A stretch of DNA of 39,773 nucleotides from positions 1 through 39,773 of IMG/VR virus record IMGVR_UViG_3300031260_000014. One strand, given 5' to 3'. Made by a program: the position numbers and the translations under genes. Below, piece after piece: positions 17,925 through 28,054 of the stretch; positions within the stretch are counted from its first letter, which is position 1; each line of letters opens with the position of its first letter. The notes beneath the pieces were generated by a model. The model saw only the letters and a program-made list of their open reading frames with translations, did no database searches and was not told the DNA's origin. Origin of the DNA: a virus (lineage: Duplodnaviria; Caudoviricetes).

Positions 17925-19364
17925 ATGGAAAAACTTACACATAAACTAAATGTGTATCAAGGCAATATTATAGGGTGTCTATGGAAAAATCCTGAATTAT
18001 ATGCAGACTCCAATATAAATAAAAAAGACCTCAATCCAGACGGGTTATTATACTATAGTCTTGGTGAGAGGTTATATGCACTAAAGCACGATGTATTTGA
18101 TGAGATTAGTGTATATTCATTTGTTGAGGGCAACGCATCATTAAAAAAACTATGGGAAGAGCGTGGCGGCTACAAGACCATTAAGGAACTTATGTCGATT
18201 GTTGACGAGAATAATTATGACAGTTATTTAGATAGTTTTTCAAAATATACAATCCTTAAAAAATTACTTGACAAGGGATTTAATATAGAAAAAGATTGGG
18301 ATAAATTTGAGCAGATGACCGCTCAGGAAGTTCTTGATTATTATGAATATATGATTAGTGATATTGGAGTCGTTACTAATAGTGATGTGGAATTTGAACA
18401 CTTAACATTAACAGACGATGAAATTACAGATATTGAGAATGGTATATTCATGGGTTTGAATTATGGGCAATATTCACCTATGTTAAATTATGCCACTCTA
18501 GGCATACCTAAAGGCGAATTAACTATGGTCGGTTCGTTTGTCAATGGTGGCAAAACATCGTTCCTTGTTAGTAATATTATTATACCTATCGCCAACCAAG
18601 GCACAAAGGTTCATATTATATCTAATGAGCAGAGGTCAATTGTATTTAAGTTTCTGCTTTGTGTTTATGTATTGACAACTGAGTTGAATTATTTTAAACT
18701 TACTCGAAAAAAGTTAAAGTCTGGCAACTGGACAGATGAAGATAAGGAGATGATTAAAAAGGCTCAGGCGATAATTGATTTGAAATACAAAGATACAATT
18801 ACATTCACTAAGATTTTCAACTATAGCAATGATAAAGTTAAAAAGATTATTCGCCGCCAATCAAAACGTGGTTATGAATTAATTGTATACGATGTATTAA
18901 AAAGTGACAACCTTACAGATGGACAATTCTGGCAGGCAGTTGTTGAAGATAGTAAGTCATTATTCCAAATTGCGTCAAAAGAGAATGTTGCTGTTGTTGT
19001 TAGTTATCAGTTGGCATTAGCACAATTGAATCGCAGATATTTAGACTTGTCGTGCCTATCTACTGCAAAACAAGTATCTGAGGTCTTCAGCGAGTGCGTT
19101 TTCTTCAGGTCTCTTTGGGATGATGAGTGGCCCGGAGAGAAATATGATATCAAAACATATCGCAATATTAAAGACCCCGTTACTGGCAAATATACATCTG
19201 CAAAAGAGTTAGTAGAACTTGATAGAGATAAGGATTATAAAATATTTTTTCTGAGCAAGACCAGAAATGATAATGCGGGTGCTTGTTTCCTATATAGGTT
19301 CGATGGTGAGTGGAATAGATGGGTTGAAATTGGCAAATGCCATGTGCAGAACACAGGAATATAA
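17925..19364 (+). CDS. DnaB-like replicative helicase
   Basis: Walker A GSFVNGGKTS, SNEQ, YD.LK, QL, KTRN. Confidence 0.8.
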   Translation: MEKLTHKLNVYQGNIIGCLWKNPELYADSNINKKDLNPDGLLYYSLGERLYALKHDVFDEISVYSFVEGNASLKKLWEERGGYKTIKELMSIVDENNYDSYLDSFSKYTILKKLLDKGFNIEKDWDKFEQMTAQEVLDYYEYMISDIGVVTNSDVEFEHLTLTDDEITDIENGIFMGLNYGQYSPMLNYATLGIPKGELTMVGSFVNGGKTSFLVSNIIIPIANQGTKVHIISNEQRSIVFKFLLCVYVLTTELNYFKLTRKKLKSGNWTDEDKEMIKKAQAIIDLKYKDTITFTKIFNYSNDKVKKIIRRQSKRGYELIVYDVLKSDNLTDGQFWQAVVEDSKSLFQIASKENVAVVVSYQLALAQLNRRYLDLSCLSTAKQVSEVFSECVFFRSLWDDEWPGEKYDIKTYRNIKDPVTGKYTSAKELVELDRDKDYKIFFLSKTRNDNAGACFLYRFDGEWNRWVEIGKCHVQNTGI

Positions 19365-19375
19365 AGGAGAATTAA

Positions 19376-20415
19376 ATGAAAAAATATACATTAGTTAATT
19401 TTTGTGAGTTTGACAAACACGCAACTAAAAGTTATTGTGCAATACATGGAATTGACGAAGGTTTAAATCTTGGCGACATTACAAAAGTTGATGAAACAAA
19501 ATTACCTCATTTTAATTTTATATGTGGGGGAAGCCCATGTCAAGACTTTTCTATAGCGGGAAAACAATTAGGGGTTAAGTGGGTTTGTCAAGATTGTCAA
19601 GAAGAATATAATCCTATTACTGTTCATTATAGCAAAAGAGAATTGTGTCCTAAGTGTGGGGGGGCAAATTAGACAAAACAAGGTCGTCTTTATTGGTTGA
19701 ATGGTTAAGAATTATTAGAGCAAATAAACCAAATTGGGGTATTTATGAAAATGTTAAAAACATTGTTAGGAAAAAACATAAAGAAACTTTCGATATATTT
19801 ATTAATGAATTAAATGAATACGGATATAATACATATTGGAAAGTGTTAAACGCAAGTGATTACGGAAATCCACAAAATAGAAATAGGGTTTATGTTGTAA
19901 TAATAAAAAAAGAATTAGATAATGGCAAATTTTGTTTTCCAATTGAAAATAGAAAGACAAATGGTATTATAGACATACTAGACAACGAAGACGAGGTTAG
20001 GGAAAAAGATTATCGTATTTGCAATAGTATGATAAAAGCAATATCTAATGGGAAGTGTAAAATTATTCAGCCAAATGAAAATTCTTGTACCGTTACCACA
20101 AAACAAAACAGATGGAACAATGCAGGATTTGTAAACGGAGATAAGGGGCTTAGGTTTTTTACTCCAAAAGAATGTTTTAAATTAATGGGATTTTCTAATG
20201 ATGATTTTTTTAAAGCAAGTAGTGTGATTAATAGCGATGATGTTTTATATAAGCAAGCAGGAAATAGTATATGCGTTAATGTTTTGTATGAAATATATAA
20301 AGAAGTCTATAGGGCAATGCCATACCTATTTGAAGATTTGAGAATTAGTAGTTTTTTTAGTGGAATAGGAGCATTTGAAAAAGCATTGGATATGTTATAT
20401 GGCGAGATTAAATAA
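19376..20415 (+). pseudogene. circularly permuted C5-cytosine DNA methyltransferase, frameshifted at 19658-19672
   Basis: ORF1: CEFD, GDI, GGSPCQDFS; ORF2: ENV, PQNRNRVY, motif IX, QAGNS, then FFSGIGAF (motif I) at the C-terminus. Confidence 0.85.
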
Positions 20416-20496
20416 TTGCCATATTATGACAAGCCGCCACTTATTCTATATACTATAGACGAAGAAGACTGGAATTAAACTAGAAAGGGGTATAAT

Positions 20497-21516
20497 ATGG
20501 ATGTAGCAGGAATTAAAAATTATATAATTGATAATCCCGATACCATTGTACTCCTTTTAGAATCGGCAGGATTTGAAAAGATTAAATCCCGTACAAATGA
20601 GATTAGATGTGCAAGAGATGAGGATTCTAACCCTACTGCGGTTAAGATTAACCCTAACACATTAGGTGCAGTATGCTTTAGCACAAATCTTAAAGGCGAC
20701 TTAATCACATTATTACAGGCTAAAATGGGTTATTCATTCACACAAATATTAAGATGGATTGTCACAACATTAAATCTGTCTGAGAGTATGTTTAAGGGGC
20801 AAGATATTATAATGCCTTTTGGCGGCTACTTCAAAAAGATAGGAAAATCTTCCGACGAATTAATAGAATCTCAAATATACCCCCCCGTCATATTGAACGA
20901 ATACAAATCTCCTCCTAATATAAGATTTTTTAAAGATGGAATATCGTTTGCGACTCAAGATAAATTTAAAATTGGTTATGACTCTTTTACAAAGAGAATT
21001 ACAATTCCGTGGTTCAATACGATGGGTGAACTTATAGGAATTATGGGGAGGCTCAACAAAGATGAGTTAGATGATGGAGAGTTAAAATATCTCCCCATAA
21101 TTCCATTTAGAAAAGATAATGCCTTATACGGCTATGATATAAATTATACTGATATTGTTGGCAAGGATATATGTATTATTACAGAAGCGGAAAAAGGAGT
21201 CATGCAATTGGATAGCATGAAACTCCCTTATGGTTTGGGATTAGGTGGCAATGCTATTACAGATGCTAGAGCAAATTTGGTCAAAGGATTAGGAGTGAGT
21301 CGAATCATACTTGCTTTTGATGAGGGGTTGGAGTTGGATTTGATTAAAGAGAACGCTAATAAACTCAAGGCTAAAAATGCTTTTATTACTAATAATGTAG
21401 GATATATATATGACCCTAAAAATGAAGTTATGCCTAAAGGTAGCAAATGTTCTCCTACAGATTTAGGGGTCAGAGCATTTCAAAAATTGTTAAAGGAGTA
21501 TACGGTATGGGTATAG
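20497..21516 (+). CDS. DNA primase (DnaG-like TOPRIM)
   Basis: RITIP...G..IG..GR, KY, LYG, ITEAEK, ILAFD; degenerate Zn-binding N-terminus. Confidence 0.8.
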   Translation: MDVAGIKNYIIDNPDTIVLLLESAGFEKIKSRTNEIRCARDEDSNPTAVKINPNTLGAVCFSTNLKGDLITLLQAKMGYSFTQILRWIVTTLNLSESMFKGQDIIMPFGGYFKKIGKSSDELIESQIYPPVILNEYKSPPNIRFFKDGISFATQDKFKIGYDSFTKRITIPWFNTMGELIGIMGRLNKDELDDGELKYLPIIPFRKDNALYGYDINYTDIVGKDICIITEAEKGVMQLDSMKLPYGLGLGGNAITDARANLVKGLGVSRIILAFDEGLELDLIKENANKLKAKNAFITNNVGYIYDPKNEVMPKGSKCSPTDLGVRAFQKLLKEYTVWV

Positions 21517-21677
21517 AATTAGTATATTATAATGAGATAAATAATAGTAAAGTATATGTGATAAATTCAGCAAACAAACCTGTCAAATTATGCTTTGAAG
21601 GAGACTTGATAACAGAATCAGAATACGAAGATGCTTTAATAAGACTAATTGATAATGTAAAAACAAACAACATTTGA
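21507..21677 (+). CDS. hypothetical protein
   Basis: ORF 21447..21677; ATG 21507 after AAGGAG. Confidence 0.55.
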   Translation: MGIELVYYNEINNSKVYVINSANKPVKLCFEGDLITESEYEDALIRLIDNVKTNNI

Positions 21678-21693
21678 CAAAGGAGTATGCGGT

Positions 21694-21951
21694 ATGGGCA
21701 TGAAAAGAGAAGTAGAATTATGTGAACATGACTTGATGGAAATGGACGGAGAAGAAGTTATTGTTAAGTTTATACAGTGTATTGACGGATTAAAAGTTGG
21801 AGTATCCGCTATTTGTAAAGTGAACACTTACGGCGGCAGACAAGTGCATTGTCAGAACAAAGAATATGATTTTTATTATATAGACGGAGAACAGCCAGAG
21901 GGCGAGTTTAAGGTATATAAAATTCTCAGGAGAAAGCAAAATAACACTTGA
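21694..21951 (+). CDS. hypothetical protein
   Basis: AAGGAG RBS. Confidence 0.65.
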   Translation: MGMKREVELCEHDLMEMDGEEVIVKFIQCIDGLKVGVSAICKVNTYGGRQVHCQNKEYDFYYIDGEQPEGEFKVYKILRRKQNNT

Positions 21952-21976
21952 CAAAACATTAAAACTGTGGTATAAT
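21948..21976 (+). promoter_or_regulatory. sigma-A consensus promoter for dnaE, -10 inside an inverted repeat (21960-21991)
   Basis: TTGACA-17-TATAAT with extended TG. Confidence 0.85.
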
Positions 21977-22014
21977 GATACTACAGTTTTATTTTAGTAT
22001 ATAAGGAGGATTAA

Positions 22015-25000
22015 ATGTTTGAAAACTTAAAATATCAGAACTACCATCGGCATAGTTCATACTCTAATATTATGACACCGGATTCAGGGGCTATGAATGT
22101 TGATTATGCTAAGAGGGCTGTAGAGTTGGGGCATGGAATTATCAGTAGTTGTGAGCATGGGTTTCAAGGAAACTATTGGGAGTCTTATTCTCTAGCAGAA
22201 AAATATAATCTTAAATTTATTTTTGGTGCGGAAGCATACTGGGTCAAAAATAAAGAGGGGGAATTGGTTGATGGTGCATTAAAACAAGACAGCACTAATA
22301 ATCATATTTGTATATTTGCAAAAAATGAATCTGGACGCAAAGCAATTAATCTATTATTGTCTGATGCTAATGAATTTGGATTCTACTATAAACCAAGAGC
22401 AAGTGTTGACGATATTTTGTTGCTCCCTAAAGACGATGTATTTATTACAAGTGCGTGTATTGGGTTTTGGGGATATGGATATGAATATTCTGAAGAGTTT
22501 GTAAAAAAACTTTATGATAGATTTGGCGATAATTTTATGCTAGAAGTTCAATATCACAACACGGACAAACAAAAGCAACTCAATAAAAAAATATTAGAGT
22601 TGTCAAAAAAATATAACATTAAAACCATCATGGGTTGCGACTCTCACTTTATTAAAGACGAACAAAAATATGATAGAGATTATATTTTAGAATACAAGGG
22701 AACTAAATATCCTGATGAAATGGGATGGTATATGGATTATCCAACTACAGAAGAAGCTGTTAAAAGATTCCAAGTTCAAGGTATTTTATCAGATGATGAG
22801 ATTTTTAATTCAATTAATAATACTAATGTGTTTTTAGATTTTGAAGATATTGTGCTTGACAAAGACAAAAAACTACCGTCTCTTTTCCCTAATTTGTCAC
22901 AGGCAGAAAAAGACAAAATGTATCTTGGAATTATTAAAACAGAATTTGATAAATATATTCAAGATAACAATTTAACTGCTGATGAAATTGAAGTATATAA
23001 AAAAGGCATTATGTCAGAAGTTAAATCTGTAATTGAAACAGGTATGTCTGATTATTTTATTTTAGACTATTACATTGTAAAAGAAGGTGTTGCAAATGGC
23101 GGAATTATCACAACAAGTGGTAGAGGTTCTGCGGTGTCATTCTTCACTAACACTTTATTAGGATTCTCTAGTGTTGACAGATTTAAAGCACCAGTACATA
23201 TGTATCCTGAACGCTTTCTCAGTGCTACTCGTATCATTCAGTCTGGAAGTTTGCCGGACATAGATTTAAACTTAGGAAACGTTGAAATATTTGCAGATGC
23301 TCAGAAAAAATTATTAGGGGACGAACATTCCTTCCCAATGATTGCATATGGAACATTAAAAGCAAAATCAGCATGGAAGATGTATGCGGGGGCGAATCCT
23401 GATAGTATTGATTTTGACACAGCACAAGAAATATCTAATGCAATTGGAAAATATGAAGAAGACTATAAATACGCTGAAGACGACGAAAAAGATACTATTG
23501 ATATTTTAGAATACATTCCAGAACAATATATTGATTTATACAATGAGAGCATAAAGTATCAGGGAATTATTATGGATAAAAAATCTCACGCATCGGCATA
23601 TTTAATCTATGATAAAAATATTAGGTCAGAAATTGGGCTGATGAAGTGCAAAAGCGAGACAACTAAAAAAGAGTACCTTGTCGCTCTTATAGATGGAAAA
23701 TCTGCTGATAATTTTGGATATCTTAAAAATGACCTACTTAAAGTTAATGTTTGTTTATTGCATCATTTGACAGCACAAAGAGCAGGGATTGAACCTATTA
23801 GCGTTAATGAAGTTCTTGAAATATCTAGAAAAGATGATAAAATTTGGAAGATATATGAGAACGGATTTACGTTAGGAGTTAACCAATGTGAAAAAAAATC
23901 TACCACTAAAAAAGTTATGGAATACAAACCTAAAAATGACGGTGATTTAACTTGTTTTATTGCCGCAATCAGACCGTCATTTAAGTCTATGTATAGTCAT
24001 TTTAGCAAACGCATACCGTTTAATTATGGTATAAAAACATTTGATGATATTGTTCAAACTGAAACGCTTAAAGACTCTTTTCTGTTTTTTCAAGAACAAA
24101 TCATGTCTGCATTGTCTTTTAGTGGAATACCTATGGATGAGTGTTATGATATTATTAAGGCCATATCTAAAAAGAAAGTAGATTTGATTAAATCTTATAA
24201 AGAACAATTCTCTGTAGGTTTTAAACAAAAGATTATTGAAGCAGAAAACTGCTCTGAAGATGTTGCCGATGAGAGCGTAAACAAAATCTGGCAAATTATC
24301 GAAGATGCGTCAGCATATGGATTTAACGCAAGTCATGCCTATTGTATGTGTTGTGATAGTATGATGGATGCTTATTATAAGGCATATTATCCATATGAGT
24401 TTTATGAGGTTCGGCTAAATTATTATTCTGAAACAGGGAAAAAGAATAAAGTAGCAAAATATAAACAAGAGATGTTTGAGGCGTTTGGAATTAAAGAAGG
24501 CAAGTTTAAATTTAGGAACGATAATAGAATGTTCTCTTCTGACAAAGACAATCAATGTATACACCCTTCAATATCTTCAATTAAAGGTTTGGGTGTTAAA
24601 GACGGAGAAGCACTGTATCAAGTTCGCAACAATACATACTCCACGTTCCTAGACCTGTACGAAGATATAAAACCGCACATCAACACTGGCAAAATTGCAA
24701 CACTAATTAAACTTGACTATTTTGAGGAGTTCGGCAAATCAGATTATCTATTAAAGCAGGTTGAGATATATAATCAGTTCTATGACAAATCAACTGTCAA
24801 GAAGGAGAACTTGACAACATTAGGATTGACGCACGAACTAGTTGTTGCAAATTATGAGAAGGAAACAGCAAAACAGTACAGTGGAGTTAATATGAAGGCT
24901 ATTATAAACTACTTAGTAGATAAGTTACCTAATATTGATATCGAACCTACTGAACGCATTAGGCACGAATTAGAAGTATTAGGATATATTCAATATACCA

Positions 25001-25266
25001 ATCCTAATATATATAATCAAATGTACTTATCAGAGGTTAAGTTAAACAAATACGGTACACCATTCTTTACAATGTATAATATTAACAACGGCAAAACTGC
25101 AACATTAAAGGTTAATAAAAAATACTTTATAGATAATCCTGTTGAGACGGGAGATATTATTGCTATTGTTAATATTGAGCCTAAGCCGCAACGCCGCAAA
25201 GATGCAAATGGTGAGTGGCAGGTAGTTGGAACTGAAAAGATTTTAGAAAGTTATAGAAAATTATAA
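22015..25266 (+). CDS. dnaE: DNA polymerase III alpha subunit (family C)
   Basis: PHP domain (HxHS, EHG, GAEAY, H, DSH), GRGSA, ERF, PDIDL, KNDLL, YGFNxSHA. Confidence 0.92.
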   Translation: MFENLKYQNYHRHSSYSNIMTPDSGAMNVDYAKRAVELGHGIISSCEHGFQGNYWESYSLAEKYNLKFIFGAEAYWVKNKEGELVDGALKQDSTNNHICIFAKNESGRKAINLLLSDANEFGFYYKPRASVDDILLLPKDDVFITSACIGFWGYGYEYSEEFVKKLYDRFGDNFMLEVQYHNTDKQKQLNKKILELSKKYNIKTIMGCDSHFIKDEQKYDRDYILEYKGTKYPDEMGWYMDYPTTEEAVKRFQVQGILSDDEIFNSINNTNVFLDFEDIVLDKDKKLPSLFPNLSQAEKDKMYLGIIKTEFDKYIQDNNLTADEIEVYKKGIMSEVKSVIETGMSDYFILDYYIVKEGVANGGIITTSGRGSAVSFFTNTLLGFSSVDRFKAPVHMYPERFLSATRIIQSGSLPDIDLNLGNVEIFADAQKKLLGDEHSFPMIAYGTLKAKSAWKMYAGANPDSIDFDTAQEISNAIGKYEEDYKYAEDDEKDTIDILEYIPEQYIDLYNESIKYQGIIMDKKSHASAYLIYDKNIRSEIGLMKCKSETTKKEYLVALIDGKSADNFGYLKNDLLKVNVCLLHHLTAQRAGIEPISVNEVLEISRKDDKIWKIYENGFTLGVNQCEKKSTTKKVMEYKPKNDGDLTCFIAAIRPSFKSMYSHFSKRIPFNYGIKTFDDIVQTETLKDSFLFFQEQIMSALSFSGIPMDECYDIIKAISKKKVDLIKSYKEQFSVGFKQKIIEAENCSEDVADESVNKIWQIIEDASAYGFNASHAYCMCCDSMMDAYYKAYYPYEFYEVRLNYYSETGKKNKVAKYKQEMFEAFGIKEGKFKFRNDNRMFSSDKDNQCIHPSISSIKGLGVKDGEALYQVRNNTYSTFLDLYEDIKPHINTGKIATLIKLDYFEEFGKSDYLLKQVEIYNQFYDKSTVKKENLTTLGLTHELVVANYEKETAKQYSGVNMKAIINYLVDKLPNIDIEPTERIRHELEVLGYIQYTNPNIYNQMYLSEVKLNKYGTPFFTMYNINNGKTATLKVNKKYFIDNPVETGDIIAIVNIEPKPQRRKDANGEWQVVGTEKILESYRKL

Positions 25267-25274
25267 AATAACAC

Positions 25275-25303
25275 TTGACAAAAGGTTTAATATGGTGTAT
25301 AAT
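25275..25303 (+). promoter_or_regulatory. sigma-A consensus promoter inside an inverted repeat (25278-25325)
   Basis: TTGACA-17-TATAAT. Confidence 0.85.
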
Positions 25304-25346
25304 GTACATATATTAAATCTTTTGTTTATTTAAAGGAGGAATAGAT

Positions 25347-25538
25347 ATGAAGGACTTTTTAGAGAATGAAATTTGCGTAGGGGACAGGATTGTATATTGT
25401 AAATACAATAAAACAAATGCAAGCCTATATAAAGGAATAGTAGAGGGTGTCACGGAGAAAATGGTGCAGATTGCATACGATAATTATGGTATGAGATTGT
25501 CTACGGTATCGCCAGATAAAATTGTTGTTATTAAATAA
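25347..25538 (+). CDS. small SH3/KOW-like hypothetical protein
   Basis: D...EI.VGD.IVY...G.V...T.KMV; AAGGAGG RBS. Confidence 0.7.
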   Translation: MKDFLENEICVGDRIVYCKYNKTNASLYKGIVEGVTEKMVQIAYDNYGMRLSTVSPDKIVVIK

Positions 25539-25550
25539 GGAGGAATAGAT

Positions 25551-25778
25551 ATGCCAACCATTAAGAGTTTTAATTTACTGCCATGCCCGTTTTGTGGAGG
25601 AGAGGCAGTTATGGTTATGTATTATGACGACAGTGCAGATGAATGGGAATTATATGTAAAGTGTAACGGGACGAACTGTGATGTTGTGCCAAAAACAAAA
25701 CCTGTTTATTGTAATATTGTATTAGATTCTATTACTGATAAAGTTATTAATATGTGGAATAAGAGGGGACATAAATGA
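25551..25778 (+). CDS. Lar-like restriction alleviation family protein
   Basis: LLPCPFCGGEA...V.C...C...WNKR. Confidence 0.75.
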   Translation: MPTIKSFNLLPCPFCGGEAVMVMYYDDSADEWELYVKCNGTNCDVVPKTKPVYCNIVLDSITDKVINMWNKRGHK

Positions 25779-27445
25779 AGATAAATCAAAAACTATCACA
25801 TATTACAGTCGATGATAATTTTATAGAGGATTATCTTAGACTTAATGGAATTAAAGATATATATAAGTATATGAACCCTACATGGGATTGTATTGAGCCG
25901 CCTGAGAATTATGATAATATGGCAGAGGGCAAGGAGTTAATAAAAAAGCATCTTGGCGGGAAGATTGGAGTGTTGGTGGATTCCGATTTTGATGGTATTT
26001 GCTCTGCGGCATTAATATACAATTTTATTGGAGACATATCAAGGATATTTTTTCACGATGGGAAGCTACACGGGTTAGGAGACGAAAAAGTATATAAAGA
26101 AATTTATGAGAGTGGAATTGATTTACTTATTATTCCAGATGCGGGTAGTAGTGATTATGAACAGCACAAGGAGTTAAAAGAGAAGTATAATATTGAAATT
26201 CTTGTTCTTGACCATCACGATGCAGAAAAATATTCAGACCATGCAGTAGTTATTAATAATCAGTTATCTCCAAACGTTATTAATAAAGACGCAACAGGAA
26301 CGACTGTAACGTGGCAGTTTTGTCGCTACTTAGACAAAGCAAAAGCAAAAAAATATATTGACCTATGTGCTTTCGCAACTGTATCTGATGTAGTTGACGT
26401 TACCAGTTATGAGAATCGTGCAATTTTATATTATGGATTAGAGAATATTAATAACCCACTACTTGTTGCTATGGTCAAAGAGTTTAATAAAGGAGTCAAG
26501 CCAACACAGAATGATTTGGGGTGGACATTATTGCCAAAAATTAACAGCATCATTCGTACCGACGACATTGAAGATACTATCTGCATATTTGATGCCATGA
26601 CAACTCCTGATATTACTATGATGTGGAAAAAGGGGGTTCGTGCTAAAGAGGAAGAGTGGACTGTATTAGATAGAGTTATTGAACAATGCAAGACGAGTCA
26701 GAAAAAACAATCCGATATGGCTAAAAAGTTCATGGAGAGCATTGAGCCTGAACTTGACACCAATGCAAAGATTATTATTGGTTTTGCAGGAGATGATTTA
26801 GGCGGTGGATATACCGGCTTAGTTGCAGGCAAGATTAGTGATAAGTATAATAAACCCTGTTTACTGTTAAGAGATAGAGGCGATTCTTATATCGGGTCAG
26901 GTAGAAGTGATTTTGATATTAGAGAAATACTAGATAATAGTGAATTTTCTGAACACGCTTCCGGCCATAGTTCTGCATTTGGCATTGAGATTAAAAAAGA
27001 TAAACTTGACGAATTTAAGGCATTTATCAACACTTTAGACCTGTCTGACGAGTCCGTACACGATGTTTTATATAGTTTTGAACATAGTAGTATACCAGAT
27101 GAATTATTCGGGCTTATAGAAAACAATAAAGAACTATTTGGGAAGGGTTTACCATCACCACTATTCCATATTAAACCATTTACAATAAATTCAAGTCAGA
27201 TTATGATGATGGGGAACAATACAACGCTAAAAATTCCACTTGGCAACTTGAGTGCAATTAAATTCTTTTGCAGTAAAAAGATTAGAGAAGATTTTTACGT
27301 TGGTGAATATACTGATATTGAAGTTGAGTTGATTGTGGAATTGTCGGTCAATTATTGGGGAGATGGCAGATTCCCACAGCTGAATATCAGAGGTTACCAA
27401 GTCACAAAGACACAGCCAAAGATTAAATGGGAAGATATTATTTAA
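25775..27445 (+). CDS. recJ: RecJ-like ssDNA exonuclease (DHH/DHHA1)
   Basis: DSDFDG, HG, PDAG, LDHH, INNQ, SGRS, GHSSAFG, FGKG. Confidence 0.88.
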   Translation: MKINQKLSHITVDDNFIEDYLRLNGIKDIYKYMNPTWDCIEPPENYDNMAEGKELIKKHLGGKIGVLVDSDFDGICSAALIYNFIGDISRIFFHDGKLHGLGDEKVYKEIYESGIDLLIIPDAGSSDYEQHKELKEKYNIEILVLDHHDAEKYSDHAVVINNQLSPNVINKDATGTTVTWQFCRYLDKAKAKKYIDLCAFATVSDVVDVTSYENRAILYYGLENINNPLLVAMVKEFNKGVKPTQNDLGWTLLPKINSIIRTDDIEDTICIFDAMTTPDITMMWKKGVRAKEEEWTVLDRVIEQCKTSQKKQSDMAKKFMESIEPELDTNAKIIIGFAGDDLGGGYTGLVAGKISDKYNKPCLLLRDRGDSYIGSGRSDFDIREILDNSEFSEHASGHSSAFGIEIKKDKLDEFKAFINTLDLSDESVHDVLYSFEHSSIPDELFGLIENNKELFGKGLPSPLFHIKPFTINSSQIMMMGNNTTLKIPLGNLSAIKFFCSKKIREDFYVGEYTDIEVELIVELSVNYWGDGRFPQLNIRGYQVTKTQPKIKWEDII

Positions 27446-27455
27446 AGGAGGAAAA

Positions 27456-27665
27456 ATGAACGACATCACAAGACAAGATGGACTAACCGACGAAGAAGGA
27501 GAAGTTATGGACGCTCTAATATATGCTTGGAATCAATTCTCACAATTAGAAATACAACATCCTAGCGACACTCCTGATTTTGCAGATGGTATTCACAAAT
27601 GTCAGCAATCACTTGCACTTAGGATTGCAAGGAGAGAATATCCTGAAGGTTGGTATAAAGGATAA
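27456..27665 (+). CDS. conserved phage hypothetical protein
   Basis: AWN.F..L..QHPSD..DF..GIH. Confidence 0.75.
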   Translation: MNDITRQDGLTDEEGEVMDALIYAWNQFSQLEIQHPSDTPDFADGIHKCQQSLALRIARREYPEGWYKG

Positions 27666-27676
27666 AGGAGATTATA

Positions 27677-27826
27677 ATGATTGATAAAAATATTTTTAAA
27701 CTTTCTACCGAACAAATTGAATCTTTATTTACGGACGAAGAACGCAAAACAAGAGAAAAGTTTATGCAATTTGTAGACAATATAAAAGAGGCTATAAATA
27801 ATGAGGAGGAGATTAAAAATGATTAA
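27677..27826 (+). CDS. hypothetical protein (49 aa; not in ORF track)
   Basis: AAGGAG RBS, ATG 27677, TAA 27824-27826. Confidence 0.55.
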   Translation: MIDKNIFKLSTEQIESLFTDEERKTREKFMQFVDNIKEAINNEEEIKND

Positions 27827-28040
27827 ATTTGATGTATGTATTGAATCTGGAACATCTGGATATTTTGATGATATGGGTTGTGATATGTTGCTACAAAGAG
27901 ATATAGAAACTAATCAAATTCCATCTAAGGGAGATTACCTATATCTTGACAAAGGATATGAACCATATTTAGTTACTAAAGTGCGGCGTTCATTTATGAA
28001 TAACAAGGAATGGAATACTGTTTATGTTATTAAGGGTTAA
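27819..28040 (+). CDS. hypothetical protein
   Basis: ORF 27801..28040; ATG 27819 after GAGGAG. Confidence 0.65.
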   Translation: MIKFDVCIESGTSGYFDDMGCDMLLQRDIETNQIPSKGDYLYLDKGYEPYLVTKVRRSFMNNKEWNTVYVIKG

Positions 28041-28054
28041 TAAAGGAGACTAAT

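Noticed and set aside
20880-20886. C7 tract in the primase gene as a phase-variable site
   Set aside because: Frame is intact and the gene is presumably essential.
7331-21679. Additional TTGACA hexamers (near 7331, 18268, 21674) as promoters
   Set aside because: No convincing -10 hexamer at 16-18 bp spacing.
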